Part shown: positions 49,797 to 59,143 of the stretch, piece by piece
Layout: the number at the start of each line of letters is the position of its first letter
How positions within the stretch are numbered: the stretch's first letter is position 1
Assembly: GCA_043803945.1 (NCBI GenBank)
Contig: JAZDJN010000032.1
Coordinates: forward strand, 12,315 to 76,314
Reading direction: 5' to 3'
Origin: a bacterium
GTDB lineage: Bacteria; Bacteroidota; Ignavibacteria; UBA10030
Length of the DNA stretch: 64,000 nucleotides
Translations under genes and position numbers: made by a program
The notes under the pieces: model-generated
Database searches by the model: none
What the model was told of the DNA's origin: nothing
What the model saw: the letters and a program-made list of their open reading frames with translations, nothing else

Positions 49797-52436
49797 ATGC
49801 CTCCCTTCCACTTTGTTATCAACGGACAGACTCCCCGATCGCTATTCTCTCTCAATGGACTCTGGTTTATTGAACCATCTTTCTCCGATGTTCCCCCTGA
49901 GAAGTATACCCATACTCTCCCTGTACCTTCACTTGTTGATACTGCACGTCCTGAGTACGATTGGTCTCTTGCTACAGGCCATTGGTACTGCACGGAGTTC
50001 TCCCTTGATGGAATCATACCGGAATCGATCGTCTATCTCAAAATTGAACAGGCGATGTTTGGAACACAGGTGTGGATGAATAGAACTTCTGTTGGTGGCA
50101 GCATAAGCTGCTACACCTCGCAGGAATATCGTATCGATCACTTGCTGAGTCGAGCAGGACTGAATTCACTGGTCATCAAAGTGGGCGATCGCGCAACGCT
50201 GCCACCAGCAAGTGCCGTCGGCAATGATCAGGAACGGGAATCGTTCATCCCCGGGATCTGGGGTGATATCTGGCTTATTGTGTGTGGGAGTACACGCGTG
50301 GTAGCCACGCAGGTCATTCCACACATTCGAACGACAGAGATTGAAGTGAGACTGACACTCGAACACCTACTTCATAAACCGGGCCGCAGTTCCGTCGTGA
50401 TGCGGGTCTTCGAACACCAAGGAGGCAAACAAGTATCGAGCCTTACTATGGAAGAGATTATTATTTCTCCAGGCCTTCACACGCTCCAACAGAGTGTGCA
50501 TATAGAGAGAATGGAAGAATGGTCGCCTGAACATCCATTCCTCTACGATCTCACCATCGAGCTGATTGTAGATGGAATTCCCACAGACTCACAAACTACA
50601 CGGTTTGGCATGCGAGAGTTTACTATCGCTGGTGGTGACTTCCATTTGAATGGTAAGAAGATCCTCTTGCGTGGTTCGAACATTGCTTTCCATCGATTCT
50701 TATCTGATCCACAGAGGCAACTCTTGCCGTGGAATATGGAGTGGGTGAAACGTCTGCTCATCGATATTCCAAAAGAGCATCACTTCAATTTTTTCCGGAT
50801 CCATCTCGGTCAGGCATACAATCGTTGGTATGATTTGGCTGATGAGTATGGAATCTTGATTCAGAATGAATGGCAGTTTTGGCGGGCGTCTGGAGAAAAA
50901 GAGCAAATTGTCAAGGAGTTTTCCGCTTGGTTGAGGGATAATTGGAACCATCCCAGCATCATTATATGGGATGCATTGAATGAGTGTATGGAACCACTCA
51001 TCGAACAAGAAATTATTCCACTTATAAAGGACCTGGATCCGACGAGACCGTGGGAGCCTAATGATCTTAAGGATCATCACGCCTACATTTACTCCTTAGG
51101 GCCGATCTTACCAGAGCAACGCTTTGGCTTTTCAGATTCCATTGCCACACTGGAATCTCAAACCTCGCCTACGATCGTCAACGAGTTTCTCTGGTGGTGG
51201 TTAACTGATGAGGGAGAACCCACAGTCCTGATGAACGGTGTTATCGAGCGGTGGCTTGGAAATTCCTGGACACGAGAGAAACTCCTACAACATCAGGCGT
51301 GGCTTGCGCAGGAACTCATTGAGCTATTCCGGCGCATAGAAGTGGATGCAATTCAACCATTTGCCTATCTCGTTAATGGGAGGGGGGCCACTGCTCATTG
51401 GTTTTTGGGTGATATCGCCGAGCTTCGTCCAAAGCCAATTCTCACAGCGATAAAGAATGCCTTTGATCCATTTGGAGTCAGTATTGAGCTGTGGGATCGC
51501 CACTTCTTCCCTTGTGAGCGCCGTACGATAACTATCCATGTCTTCAATGATTACAGGGAACAAGTATACGGAATACTCGATGTGAGCTTCGTGGATCAAG
51601 GCTCCCGCGAGTTTTTGGTGTACCGACAAGAGATCACTCTTGCTGCCACAACTCATCAAAAAATATCCATCGAACTCCAGTTCCCGGAACAACTGGGTAC
51701 ATGGAGCTTCAGAGCGCGAATACTAAACCACCGCGGATCCTTGAGGTCACAGAGCGTGAAACCAGTCCACCTCTTTCTTCCGCAGCGAAGTTCTGATAAG
51801 ACTGTGAGAGATACGGTGTTTCTTCTCGATTCAACCTTAGAACTCGGCACATTCCTTGAATCGATGAACGTTCGTGTTGATACTAAGGGGGAAGGCGATC
51901 ACACCCTTTATATGATCCATGGCGAAGAGCTGTTGAGCAGTACATTCGTTTCGATACGAGACAGGCTTGCTGCATCGGTACAAAGGGGAGCATTACTTGT
52001 TCTGCTGGAACCTGAGCATGGCACGGTAGCGAGGAATCGTGCGGAGGTCTTTGATGATCTCTCCATCGATTTTATCCGACGCGATGATCTTGATAAAGGG
52101 GGATACGATTCATATGTTTTCCTTGAACAGAGATCCCATCCCCTCTGGAAGAATTTGACACCTGATCATTTCCGACTTTTCAATGGCGGGCTTGGAGGTG
52201 AGATTGTTTCTCAGCACGATATGATTATCGAAGCTCCCCATACGGTGCTTGCTCGATGTGGCCTTGGACTGAAAGTTGTGGCAGCAGCGGTAATTCCTTA
52301 TGGGATGGGAAAAGTCCTCGTCTCCAGGCTGCAAGTGCGGGGAAGGCTGCTTCATCAACAGCACTCGACTTCCCTCTATGATCGACATGCCGATCCCGTT
52401 GCACAGCAGCTAATCTTGAATCTCTTGGAATGCTAG
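49797..52436 (+). CDS. GH2-family glycoside hydrolase, no signal peptide
   Basis: SLNGLW, GIWGD, WSPEHPFLY, FGMREF, LNGK, WNHPSIIIWDALNE, IVNEF. Confidence 0.85.
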   Translation: MPPFHFVINGQTPRSLFSLNGLWFIEPSFSDVPPEKYTHTLPVPSLVDTARPEYDWSLATGHWYCTEFSLDGIIPESIVYLKIEQAMFGTQVWMNRTSVGGSISCYTSQEYRIDHLLSRAGLNSLVIKVGDRATLPPASAVGNDQERESFIPGIWGDIWLIVCGSTRVVATQVIPHIRTTEIEVRLTLEHLLHKPGRSSVVMRVFEHQGGKQVSSLTMEEIIISPGLHTLQQSVHIERMEEWSPEHPFLYDLTIELIVDGIPTDSQTTRFGMREFTIAGGDFHLNGKKILLRGSNIAFHRFLSDPQRQLLPWNMEWVKRLLIDIPKEHHFNFFRIHLGQAYNRWYDLADEYGILIQNEWQFWRASGEKEQIVKEFSAWLRDNWNHPSIIIWDALNECMEPLIEQEIIPLIKDLDPTRPWEPNDLKDHHAYIYSLGPILPEQRFGFSDSIATLESQTSPTIVNEFLWWWLTDEGEPTVLMNGVIERWLGNSWTREKLLQHQAWLAQELIELFRRIEVDAIQPFAYLVNGRGATAHWFLGDIAELRPKPILTAIKNAFDPFGVSIELWDRHFFPCERRTITIHVFNDYREQVYGILDVSFVDQGSREFLVYRQEITLAATTHQKISIELQFPEQLGTWSFRARILNHRGSLRSQSVKPVHLFLPQRSSDKTVRDTVFLLDSTLELGTFLESMNVRVDTKGEGDHTLYMIHGEELLSSTFVSIRDRLAASVQRGALLVLLEPEHGTVARNRAEVFDDLSIDFIRRDDLDKGGYDSYVFLEQRSHPLWKNLTPDHFRLFNGGLGGEIVSQHDMIIEAPHTVLARCGLGLKVVAAAVIPYGMGKVLVSRLQVRGRLLHQQHSTSLYDRHADPVAQQLILNLLEC

Positions 52437-52437
52437 A

Positions 52438-53715
52438 ATGAAAATACTTCTGACGATATCTACAACCGTTATCTTATTTCTCCTGGCAGGCTGTCAGCGA
52501 GAACGGAGTGATGTTGAGGTCTTGAAGTTTTGGGCTTTGGGAAACGAAGGGGAAAACGTTCAAAAGCTCATACCGGCGTTTGAGCAAAAACATCCTCATA
52601 TCAAAGTGATCGTGCAGCAAATACCCTGGATCGCCGCACACGAGAAACTCCTTACAGCCTTTGCTGGAAATTCACTTCCGGATCTCTGTCAGCTCGGCAA
52701 TACCTGGATCCCTGAATTCTCTTCACTTGGTGCCTTGCATCCCTTAAATTACCTTGTGAGTCAATCATCGATTGTTCGTGCAGATCGGTACTTTGAAGGG
52801 ATATGGGATTCGAATCTCATCGACTCAATCGTCTTAGGGATTCCATGGTATGTCGATACGAGGGTGCTGTTCTATCGCAAGGACATCTTGACTCGGGCAG
52901 GATTCCCAGAAGGACCTCGAACATGGCAAGATGTCATTGATGCGTCTGAGCGCATCGTGAAATCAGACACTTCCGGCAAGCGCTATGCTATTTTCTTCCC
53001 AACGAACGAGTGGGTACCCTCTGTGCTTCTGGGGCTTGAAGCAGGATCGTCGTTGCTCCGTGAGAACACTACACGGGGAGATTTTTCAGGGAGGGAATAC
53101 GCCAAAGCTTTCAACTATCTCCGTTTATTTTACAAGAAACACTATTCACCTTCTTCGATGCAGGAAGTTAGTAATGTCTATCAGGCATTTGCAGAGGGAT
53201 ACTTTTCCATGTACATCACCGGTCCATGGAATATCGGGGAGTTTCAGCGACGCCTGCCTCCTGAAATACGACCTCATTGGATGACAACACCACTTCCAGG
53301 AGCAAGCAAGGCGCGTCCCGGTCTCTCTCTCCCGGGAGGTTCAAGCTTGGTGATCTTCTCATCCTCTCTTCATAAGTCGGCAGCTTGGGAGTTGATCGAA
53401 TACCTTTCTTCACCATCCACTCAGCATTCATTCTATCAGATCACAGGAAATCTCCCAGCGCAACGCGACGTGTGGAATGATACCTCCTTTACTAAAAATC
53501 AGTTGATGAGAGCGTTCTACATACAATTGCAGTATGTCAATGCACCACCGAAGATTCCTGAATGGGAACAAATTGCAATGAAGCTTCAGGAGTACGCTGA
53601 AATAGCCGCTCAACCAGAGAGATTGGATAATGAAATATTAAAAGAATTAGATCGTGAGATCGACCGTATTCTCGAGAAACGTCGATGGCTGTACAAAGAG
53701 GGAAAGCTGCGGTGA
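52438..53715 (+). CDS. Sugar ABC transporter substrate-binding lipoprotein (CUT1)
   Basis: Lipobox LLAGC; PDLCQLGNTWIPEF, IPWYVDTRVLFYRKD, GPWNIG, GGSSLVIF. Confidence 0.92.
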   Translation: MKILLTISTTVILFLLAGCQRERSDVEVLKFWALGNEGENVQKLIPAFEQKHPHIKVIVQQIPWIAAHEKLLTAFAGNSLPDLCQLGNTWIPEFSSLGALHPLNYLVSQSSIVRADRYFEGIWDSNLIDSIVLGIPWYVDTRVLFYRKDILTRAGFPEGPRTWQDVIDASERIVKSDTSGKRYAIFFPTNEWVPSVLLGLEAGSSLLRENTTRGDFSGREYAKAFNYLRLFYKKHYSPSSMQEVSNVYQAFAEGYFSMYITGPWNIGEFQRRLPPEIRPHWMTTPLPGASKARPGLSLPGGSSLVIFSSSLHKSAAWELIEYLSSPSTQHSFYQITGNLPAQRDVWNDTSFTKNQLMRAFYIQLQYVNAPPKIPEWEQIAMKLQEYAEIAAQPERLDNEILKELDREIDRILEKRRWLYKEGKLR

Positions 53716-53717
53716 CC

Positions 53718-54614
53718 ATGAGGATGAACTCAAGGAGTGTGCGATGGAATATGGCCTTCCTCTTTCTGGCACCGGGATTGGGTGCTTTGTTCTTCTTTTT
53801 TTACCTCCCTGTGGTTGCTGCCTTTGTGCTGAGCTTCACGGATTTTGATATCTATGCTCTCGGGAACATTAGCTACATGCGGTTTGTTGGATTGAAGAAC
53901 TATTTGACACTCCTTCAGGATCCGCTCTTCTGGAAGGCACTCATCAATACCCTCTATTTCGTCGTGGTAGGAGGGCCCCTTTCTGTTTTTGTGTCCCTCG
54001 CAGCAGCATTGCTGGTTAATTCAAAGCTGGTTCGATGGAAGAGCTTCTTCCGATTTTCATACTTTGCACCGGTGGTAACGACGCTTGTAGCTGTGGCCAT
54101 TGTCTGGCGGTATATCTATCAACCGCGGTTTGGTATTCTTAACTTTCTCCTTGGACAATTCGGTGTCCCGCCTATTGATTGGCTTGGTGACCCTGACTGG
54201 GCAATGCCTGCAATCATTCTCCTCGCAGTGTGGAAAAATTTTGGTTACAATATGCTCATCTTTATCGCTGGTCTGCAAAACATCCCCGAGGAACTCTACG
54301 AAGCCGCCCAAATCGATGGTGCTTCAGCAATCCGCCAATTTACCCAAATCACTCTCCCCCTGCTGGCACCGACATCACTCTTTGTGGGATTAACGACCAT
54401 GATTGGATATTTCCAATTGTTCGCTGAACCTTATATTATGACGCAGGGTGGCCCAGTGAATTCCACCTTGAGTATCGTCCTCTTGATGTATCAACATGGA
54501 TTTCGTTGGTGGAGCATGGGGTACTCTGCGTCGATAGCATTTGTCCTTTTTACCATAATTTTCATGGTCTCACTCCTGCAATTGAAGTTTCAGAAGAGAG
54601 GAGAAACTGAATGA
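53718..54614 (+). CDS. Sugar ABC transporter permease (MalF-like)
   Basis: FVGLKNY; EAA loop ELYEAAQIDGA. Confidence 0.94.
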   Translation: MRMNSRSVRWNMAFLFLAPGLGALFFFFYLPVVAAFVLSFTDFDIYALGNISYMRFVGLKNYLTLLQDPLFWKALINTLYFVVVGGPLSVFVSLAAALLVNSKLVRWKSFFRFSYFAPVVTTLVAVAIVWRYIYQPRFGILNFLLGQFGVPPIDWLGDPDWAMPAIILLAVWKNFGYNMLIFIAGLQNIPEELYEAAQIDGASAIRQFTQITLPLLAPTSLFVGLTTMIGYFQLFAEPYIMTQGGPVNSTLSIVLLMYQHGFRWWSMGYSASIAFVLFTIIFMVSLLQLKFQKRGETE

Positions 54615-55420
54615 AACGGATTCTCATAGTGATCCTCCTTTGCCTGATCAGCATTCTCACGTTGACTCCATTGCTGTGGATGTTTACGGCTTCCATAATG
54701 CCCGCAGGCAGCACAAGTACTTATCCACCGAGGTTACTCCCTCAACAGATTACATGGGAACACTATTTGGTTCTCTTTACCCGGTTGAATCTTGGCAAGT
54801 ATCTTCTCAACAGTATTCTTATTTCCCTTGGAGTTACGCTCATTTCGCTTATCGTAAATTCTATGGCAGGCTATGCGTTTGCTAAATACCGTTTTGCGGG
54901 AAGGGATAAGCTCTTTCGCTTTCTACTTGCCTCGATGATCGTTCCCGGCCAGGTCACAATGCTGCCTCTCTTCTTAATGCTCAACAAACTTGGATTTGTG
55001 AATACGTACTGGGGAATCCTTATTCCGGGAATGGCAAGCATCTTTGGAATTTTCATGATCCGCCAGTATGCGCTCTCAATTCCTGATAGCTTGATTGAAG
55101 CGGCGCGGATTGACGGTGCCGGAGATTTTCAGATCTATCTCACTATCGTGCTGCCTCTCTTCCGGCCAATTCTCGCGACACTCGGTCTCTTTACCTTCAT
55201 CGGAACGTGGAACGATTTTCTCTGGCCGCTTATCGTTATGACTGACGATTCGATGTACACAATGCCCGTAGCAATCGGAAACCTCATTGGTGAACATGTG
55301 CCCGATACAGAATTGATGATGGCAGGCTCGGTCTTGACTGTATTACCAATTCTCATCGTCTTTGCGGCTCTGCAGAAATTCTATATTCGGGGGATCATGG
55401 CTGGGAGTGTAAAAGGATGA
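54611..55420 (+). CDS. Carbohydrate ABC transporter permease (MalG-like)
   Basis: AGYAFAK, LIEAARIDGA, WNDFLWP, ends GSVKG. Confidence 0.94.
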   Translation: MKRILIVILLCLISILTLTPLLWMFTASIMPAGSTSTYPPRLLPQQITWEHYLVLFTRLNLGKYLLNSILISLGVTLISLIVNSMAGYAFAKYRFAGRDKLFRFLLASMIVPGQVTMLPLFLMLNKLGFVNTYWGILIPGMASIFGIFMIRQYALSIPDSLIEAARIDGAGDFQIYLTIVLPLFRPILATLGLFTFIGTWNDFLWPLIVMTDDSMYTMPVAIGNLIGEHVPDTELMMAGSVLTVLPILIVFAALQKFYIRGIMAGSVKG

Positions 55421-55431
55421 GAACGAGAGTC

Positions 55432-55676
55432 TGTCCCTCTTCAAAAGTTCATCTGGGCCAGAATCCCATCATGAACCACCCGATCAGGGAGCGATTTCGT
55501 AAACCGAGAATAGCTTGGAACTGGAGTTGAATTCATGATTTGAAGAATCCGAGCCAGAACGATAGGAGAGATCTAATCATGTGAGCCTTTGCCCTGTTAA
55601 TTGACACAGAACAAAAGTATGTGTTTCAATTTGAATTTACTATGATTGTACGCGGATGGAGTTTTGACGAGGCACA
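55432..55676 (-). mobile_element. IS relic copy F (MITE-sized, 245 bp, both IRs)
   Basis: tgtccctcttcaaaagttcatctg ... cggatggagttttgacgaggcaca; keeps gcgatttcgtaaaccgagaatagc and the first transposase codons. Confidence 0.85.
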
Positions 55677-55854
55677 AGGTAAAATTTTTATCAGCATGAT
55701 ATATTAATCGAGGATTATTATCCTCTCCTGAAGCTGGCGCGCATACAAATCCTATACTCGAAGGAAGACACCAACATTTTAGATTTATGAGATTACAATA
55801 ATATCATTTCATAGATTTTTGAAAGGATTGTGACTGAAGAAAATAGCGGGCCCC

Positions 55855-55934
55855 CCGCTCGCCCGACTTTCGTCGAACGGTCGGGCAGGCACTACTCTGG
55901 AGGCCGTTTCTGAAAAGATTCGGCCTCTTTTTTT
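55855..55934 (+). terminator. REP-like hairpin followed by an intrinsic terminator
   Basis: gcccgac...gtcgggc, then gaggccg...cggcctc followed by T7. Confidence 0.55.
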
Positions 55935-56730
55935 CAAGACTCCGACTTGAACCTGCAATTACTTTTCGTGATTTGTAGGGCGGAGCAGATGTCCGGGCTC
56001 CAATGGAGTGCGTTGGTTCTCGCTCAGTTTCGTGTCTCCCTTGTTCTCATCCCTCGAAAAATCATTGCTCCGCTTTCACGTCGACCATCGAGACTAGCAT
56101 TCTTGGTAAGACTGTGATCGGCCGAAACTCAAAGGAGATTGAACTCTTACACAATCAACGCTTATTCGGTATGGGATACAACTCGTCTGATTTCAGTCCT
56201 GCCTACTCGATCCACTGCTCCAACTCACTGCTTGCAGGGAATCTCTAACATCTTCATTCAGAAATATTCAGATCCATTTTATAGAATTTCTGTCCGCACT
56301 TCAAGCCACATACATTTCGACCGTTGCCCATTTCCCTGTGGTTTCCCTGCATTGCCTTTCATTGTTGAATGTGATAGCTTAAAAGTAATCCTCTCAATCG
56401 TTACCCACATAAGGGTGGTCTCCACGAAGGAGAAGCCAATGAAGTCACAAAAGAAATTATCCTCTTTTTCGAATCTCGGTCAGCATCTAACCGATACTGA
56501 ACGGAATCAACTTTCTCCTGGAATTGAGACCGAAGGGCACAATGAAAGAGGCAAAGCATGAAAGAGGCAAAGCCGTTCGGGTCAGCTTAGATACCAAGGG
56601 AAGGAAGGGAAAATGTGTAAGTCTCGTTGTCGGCCTTCAGCAACATTCGACAACCATGAAAAACTTCGAGATATGAATTATGCGGTCAAATAGAACGTGG
56701 ATGTGAGGTCTGCTTGGCCAATGAGAACAT

Positions 56731-56781
56731 TCTCAACAATTCCTGACAAATTCTGACGGTTTCCTGACAATAAACTCGACA
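56731..56781 (+). promoter_or_regulatory. OmpR/PhoB-type direct-repeat boxes upstream of the histidine kinase
   Basis: TGAC cores at 56744, 56754 and 56765 (10-11 nt period). Confidence 0.6.
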
Positions 56782-56822
56782 GGATTCGTTATCTTTATCC
56801 TGAATGAATTGACATCTTGCCC

Positions 56823-58985
56823 ATGATCGGTGGAGTGCTGAAGCCCAGACTGCGAAAGCGCGTCGTGACGATATTCGTCATTGCCGTACTGTTTCCCTGC
56901 ATGTTTCTCGGTTACCTGGGGCTCAAGTCTATCAAGCAAGAAAAGCAGTGGCAACAACAGCTTTTGCTAGAAAACCTCAAGAGATCTCTTTCGTTGGCGG
57001 TTGACCACATTGAATCTGCTTTTGATGATCAGATCCGCGCCTCGTTCCGCCAACTCTCGTCTCCTCGTCAACTGACTGCGAGTCACATCACTTCTCTCCG
57101 AAACTTCAGCACCCAATCTTCTCTCGTGCAAGGGGTGTTCTTCCTCGATAACAACTTACGCGTGGTTTTTCCCAAGACATTTCGGGACGCAGGTGTCGAT
57201 GAGATGAAAGACTGGAGCACGTTGCGTCTCCAGGAAAGTGAGTATCTCCGCGCCGGAGATCTTTTTGAGGTTCGGGGGAAACTTGATGAAGCTCTAATAG
57301 AATATCAGCGAGGCTTTTCCTCCAGGCTGTCCAAGCCCCTTCAAGGCGCATTTCTCTCACGCATTGCCCGGTGCCAGTTCAAAAAGAACGACTATGGGAA
57401 TGCCCGAAAGACCTACCAGAGAATAATCGACGAGGATTACAATCAGTTCTACGGCGAGGGAGTGCCGTACGTTCTCGTGGCTCATCTGCAGCTTCTCGAG
57501 ATAGTGGAAAAGAATAGTTCCTCTGCGGCAATGGGCAATGAGCTGCTTAATTTCTACAAGATGCTCGTTGAGCGGTACGATAGATGCGAACGTGCGCAAT
57601 ATGCATTCTGCCTCAATCAGGTGAAATCGAGGTTGGCGCGTCAACAGCACTCTTTTTCCCAATCTCAACAAGCGGCATTGGATTCGATTGTTGCACTTGA
57701 AAAAGAGATTGGTTATGAGCAACGCTTCCGTGAAATGCTTCTGGCAACAATAGTTCCGAAAATCAGACAAGACCTTGACTCGCGAGGAGAAGGAAATTCC
57801 CGATTCAGTGATCTCCGGGAGAAAAACGAGATTCGATATTTCTCCGCGAAATTTGACAGTGCTCTTTGGACCACTGCAGTGCGTGCCAACGATGATGAAC
57901 AATCCTTCATCAGGTTTGTTGGTTTCAGGATGCGGCAGAATGCGCTCACGGAGGCTGCTCTGTCGGTGCTGAAAAAATCCCAGCCAGGCGAAGATGTTCG
58001 CATCGCTCTGATTGATGCGGCGAACAGCATTCTTGCTCCATCGGAATTGGCAACAGCATCAGTCGTGTTAACGCAACCGTTTACGCGGTTTGAACAGCTC
58101 GCTTCAGGAACCAAGCTGGCATTGGTTGCGAGGGGGGAGGATCCTCTTGAGGCGATCTCCTCGAAAAGTCTGCTTATCTACTACGTCCTTCTCGGTTCGG
58201 TTATCGTGTTGATTGGGCTTGGGATAGTCTTCATCCTGCGGGACATCTCACGTGAGGGGCGGATTGCGGTGATGAAATCGGAGTTCATTGCCAACGTTTC
58301 CCATGAGATCAAAACTCCTATCGCCACAATTAGAACACTTGCGGAGAACCTGAACGAGGGCTGGGTCACGGGACAGGAACAACAGCAGGAGTACTTTCAT
58401 TTGATCGAACGTGAAGCCGAGCGCCTCACCCATCTGGTTGAGAACATTCTCGATTTCTCACGAATCGACAGAGCGAAGAAAACATATCGTACAGAAGTCA
58501 TTTCCATTCGCGATGCAACGAAGAAGGCGATTGATCGCTTCCGTTTGCTCGTCGATGGGCAAGGAGTCGTCATCAAAGAGAACATCGAGAGCAATTTGCC
58601 ACCGTGTAATCTGGATGTAGAGGCGTATGAACAGGCATTGCTGAATCTTCTCGATAACGCCGTCAAATATTCTCGCGATGAAAAAGTCGTTGAGGTTTCT
58701 GCCAGCCTTCAAGAAGATTCTATCGTCGTCACGGTGACCGATCACGGTATTGGAATAAGCAAGAAGGATAGTGAGAGGATCTTTGACAAGTTTTTCCGCA
58801 GTCCGCTGCCGGATGGGAGAAAAATCCCGGGGAGTGGTATTGGCTTGACCCTGGTGAAGGAGACCATCGAGGCGCACGGAGGTACAATCAAGGTGGAAAG
58901 TGAAGTCGGCAAGGGAAGTACGTTTACGCTTTCGTTTCCGCTCTCAAATGGTAAGACTGAAGATCAAAGAATAGCACACGGATGA
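56823..58985 (+). CDS. Sensor histidine kinase with a large TPR-containing periplasmic domain
   Basis: Two TM helices; H box VSHEIKTP, N box NLLDNAVKY, G1 DHGIGI, G2 GSGIGL; TPR-like helices (SRIARCQFKKNDYGNARKTYQRII). Confidence 0.93.
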   Translation: MIGGVLKPRLRKRVVTIFVIAVLFPCMFLGYLGLKSIKQEKQWQQQLLLENLKRSLSLAVDHIESAFDDQIRASFRQLSSPRQLTASHITSLRNFSTQSSLVQGVFFLDNNLRVVFPKTFRDAGVDEMKDWSTLRLQESEYLRAGDLFEVRGKLDEALIEYQRGFSSRLSKPLQGAFLSRIARCQFKKNDYGNARKTYQRIIDEDYNQFYGEGVPYVLVAHLQLLEIVEKNSSSAAMGNELLNFYKMLVERYDRCERAQYAFCLNQVKSRLARQQHSFSQSQQAALDSIVALEKEIGYEQRFREMLLATIVPKIRQDLDSRGEGNSRFSDLREKNEIRYFSAKFDSALWTTAVRANDDEQSFIRFVGFRMRQNALTEAALSVLKKSQPGEDVRIALIDAANSILAPSELATASVVLTQPFTRFEQLASGTKLALVARGEDPLEAISSKSLLIYYVLLGSVIVLIGLGIVFILRDISREGRIAVMKSEFIANVSHEIKTPIATIRTLAENLNEGWVTGQEQQQEYFHLIEREAERLTHLVENILDFSRIDRAKKTYRTEVISIRDATKKAIDRFRLLVDGQGVVIKENIESNLPPCNLDVEAYEQALLNLLDNAVKYSRDEKVVEVSASLQEDSIVVTVTDHGIGISKKDSERIFDKFFRSPLPDGRKIPGSGIGLTLVKETIEAHGGTIKVESEVGKGSTFTLSFPLSNGKTEDQRIAHG

Positions 58986-59058
58986 CACTGATGTTGCACG
59001 ATCTCCACTGATAATCGATCTGCGACAGATACGTGCGTATTCTGTGTCATCTTTGTGC
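58975..59058. repeat. Degenerate inverted-repeat element of short CACGGAT/CACTGAT units
   Basis: cacacggatgacactgat...cactgat on the left; complementary ctgtgtcatctttgtg on the right. Confidence 0.45.
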
Positions 59059-59143
59059 GAAACCATGAAACATAATTTAATCAGTATTGATATTTATGGG
59101 ATCACTTCTCATAGCGAAGGAGCCACCCCCAAGCAGGAGCGTT

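Noticed and set aside
56003-56561. ORFs of 81 and 140 aa upstream of the kinase
   Set aside because: No RBS, motifs or typical composition; probably decayed sequence.
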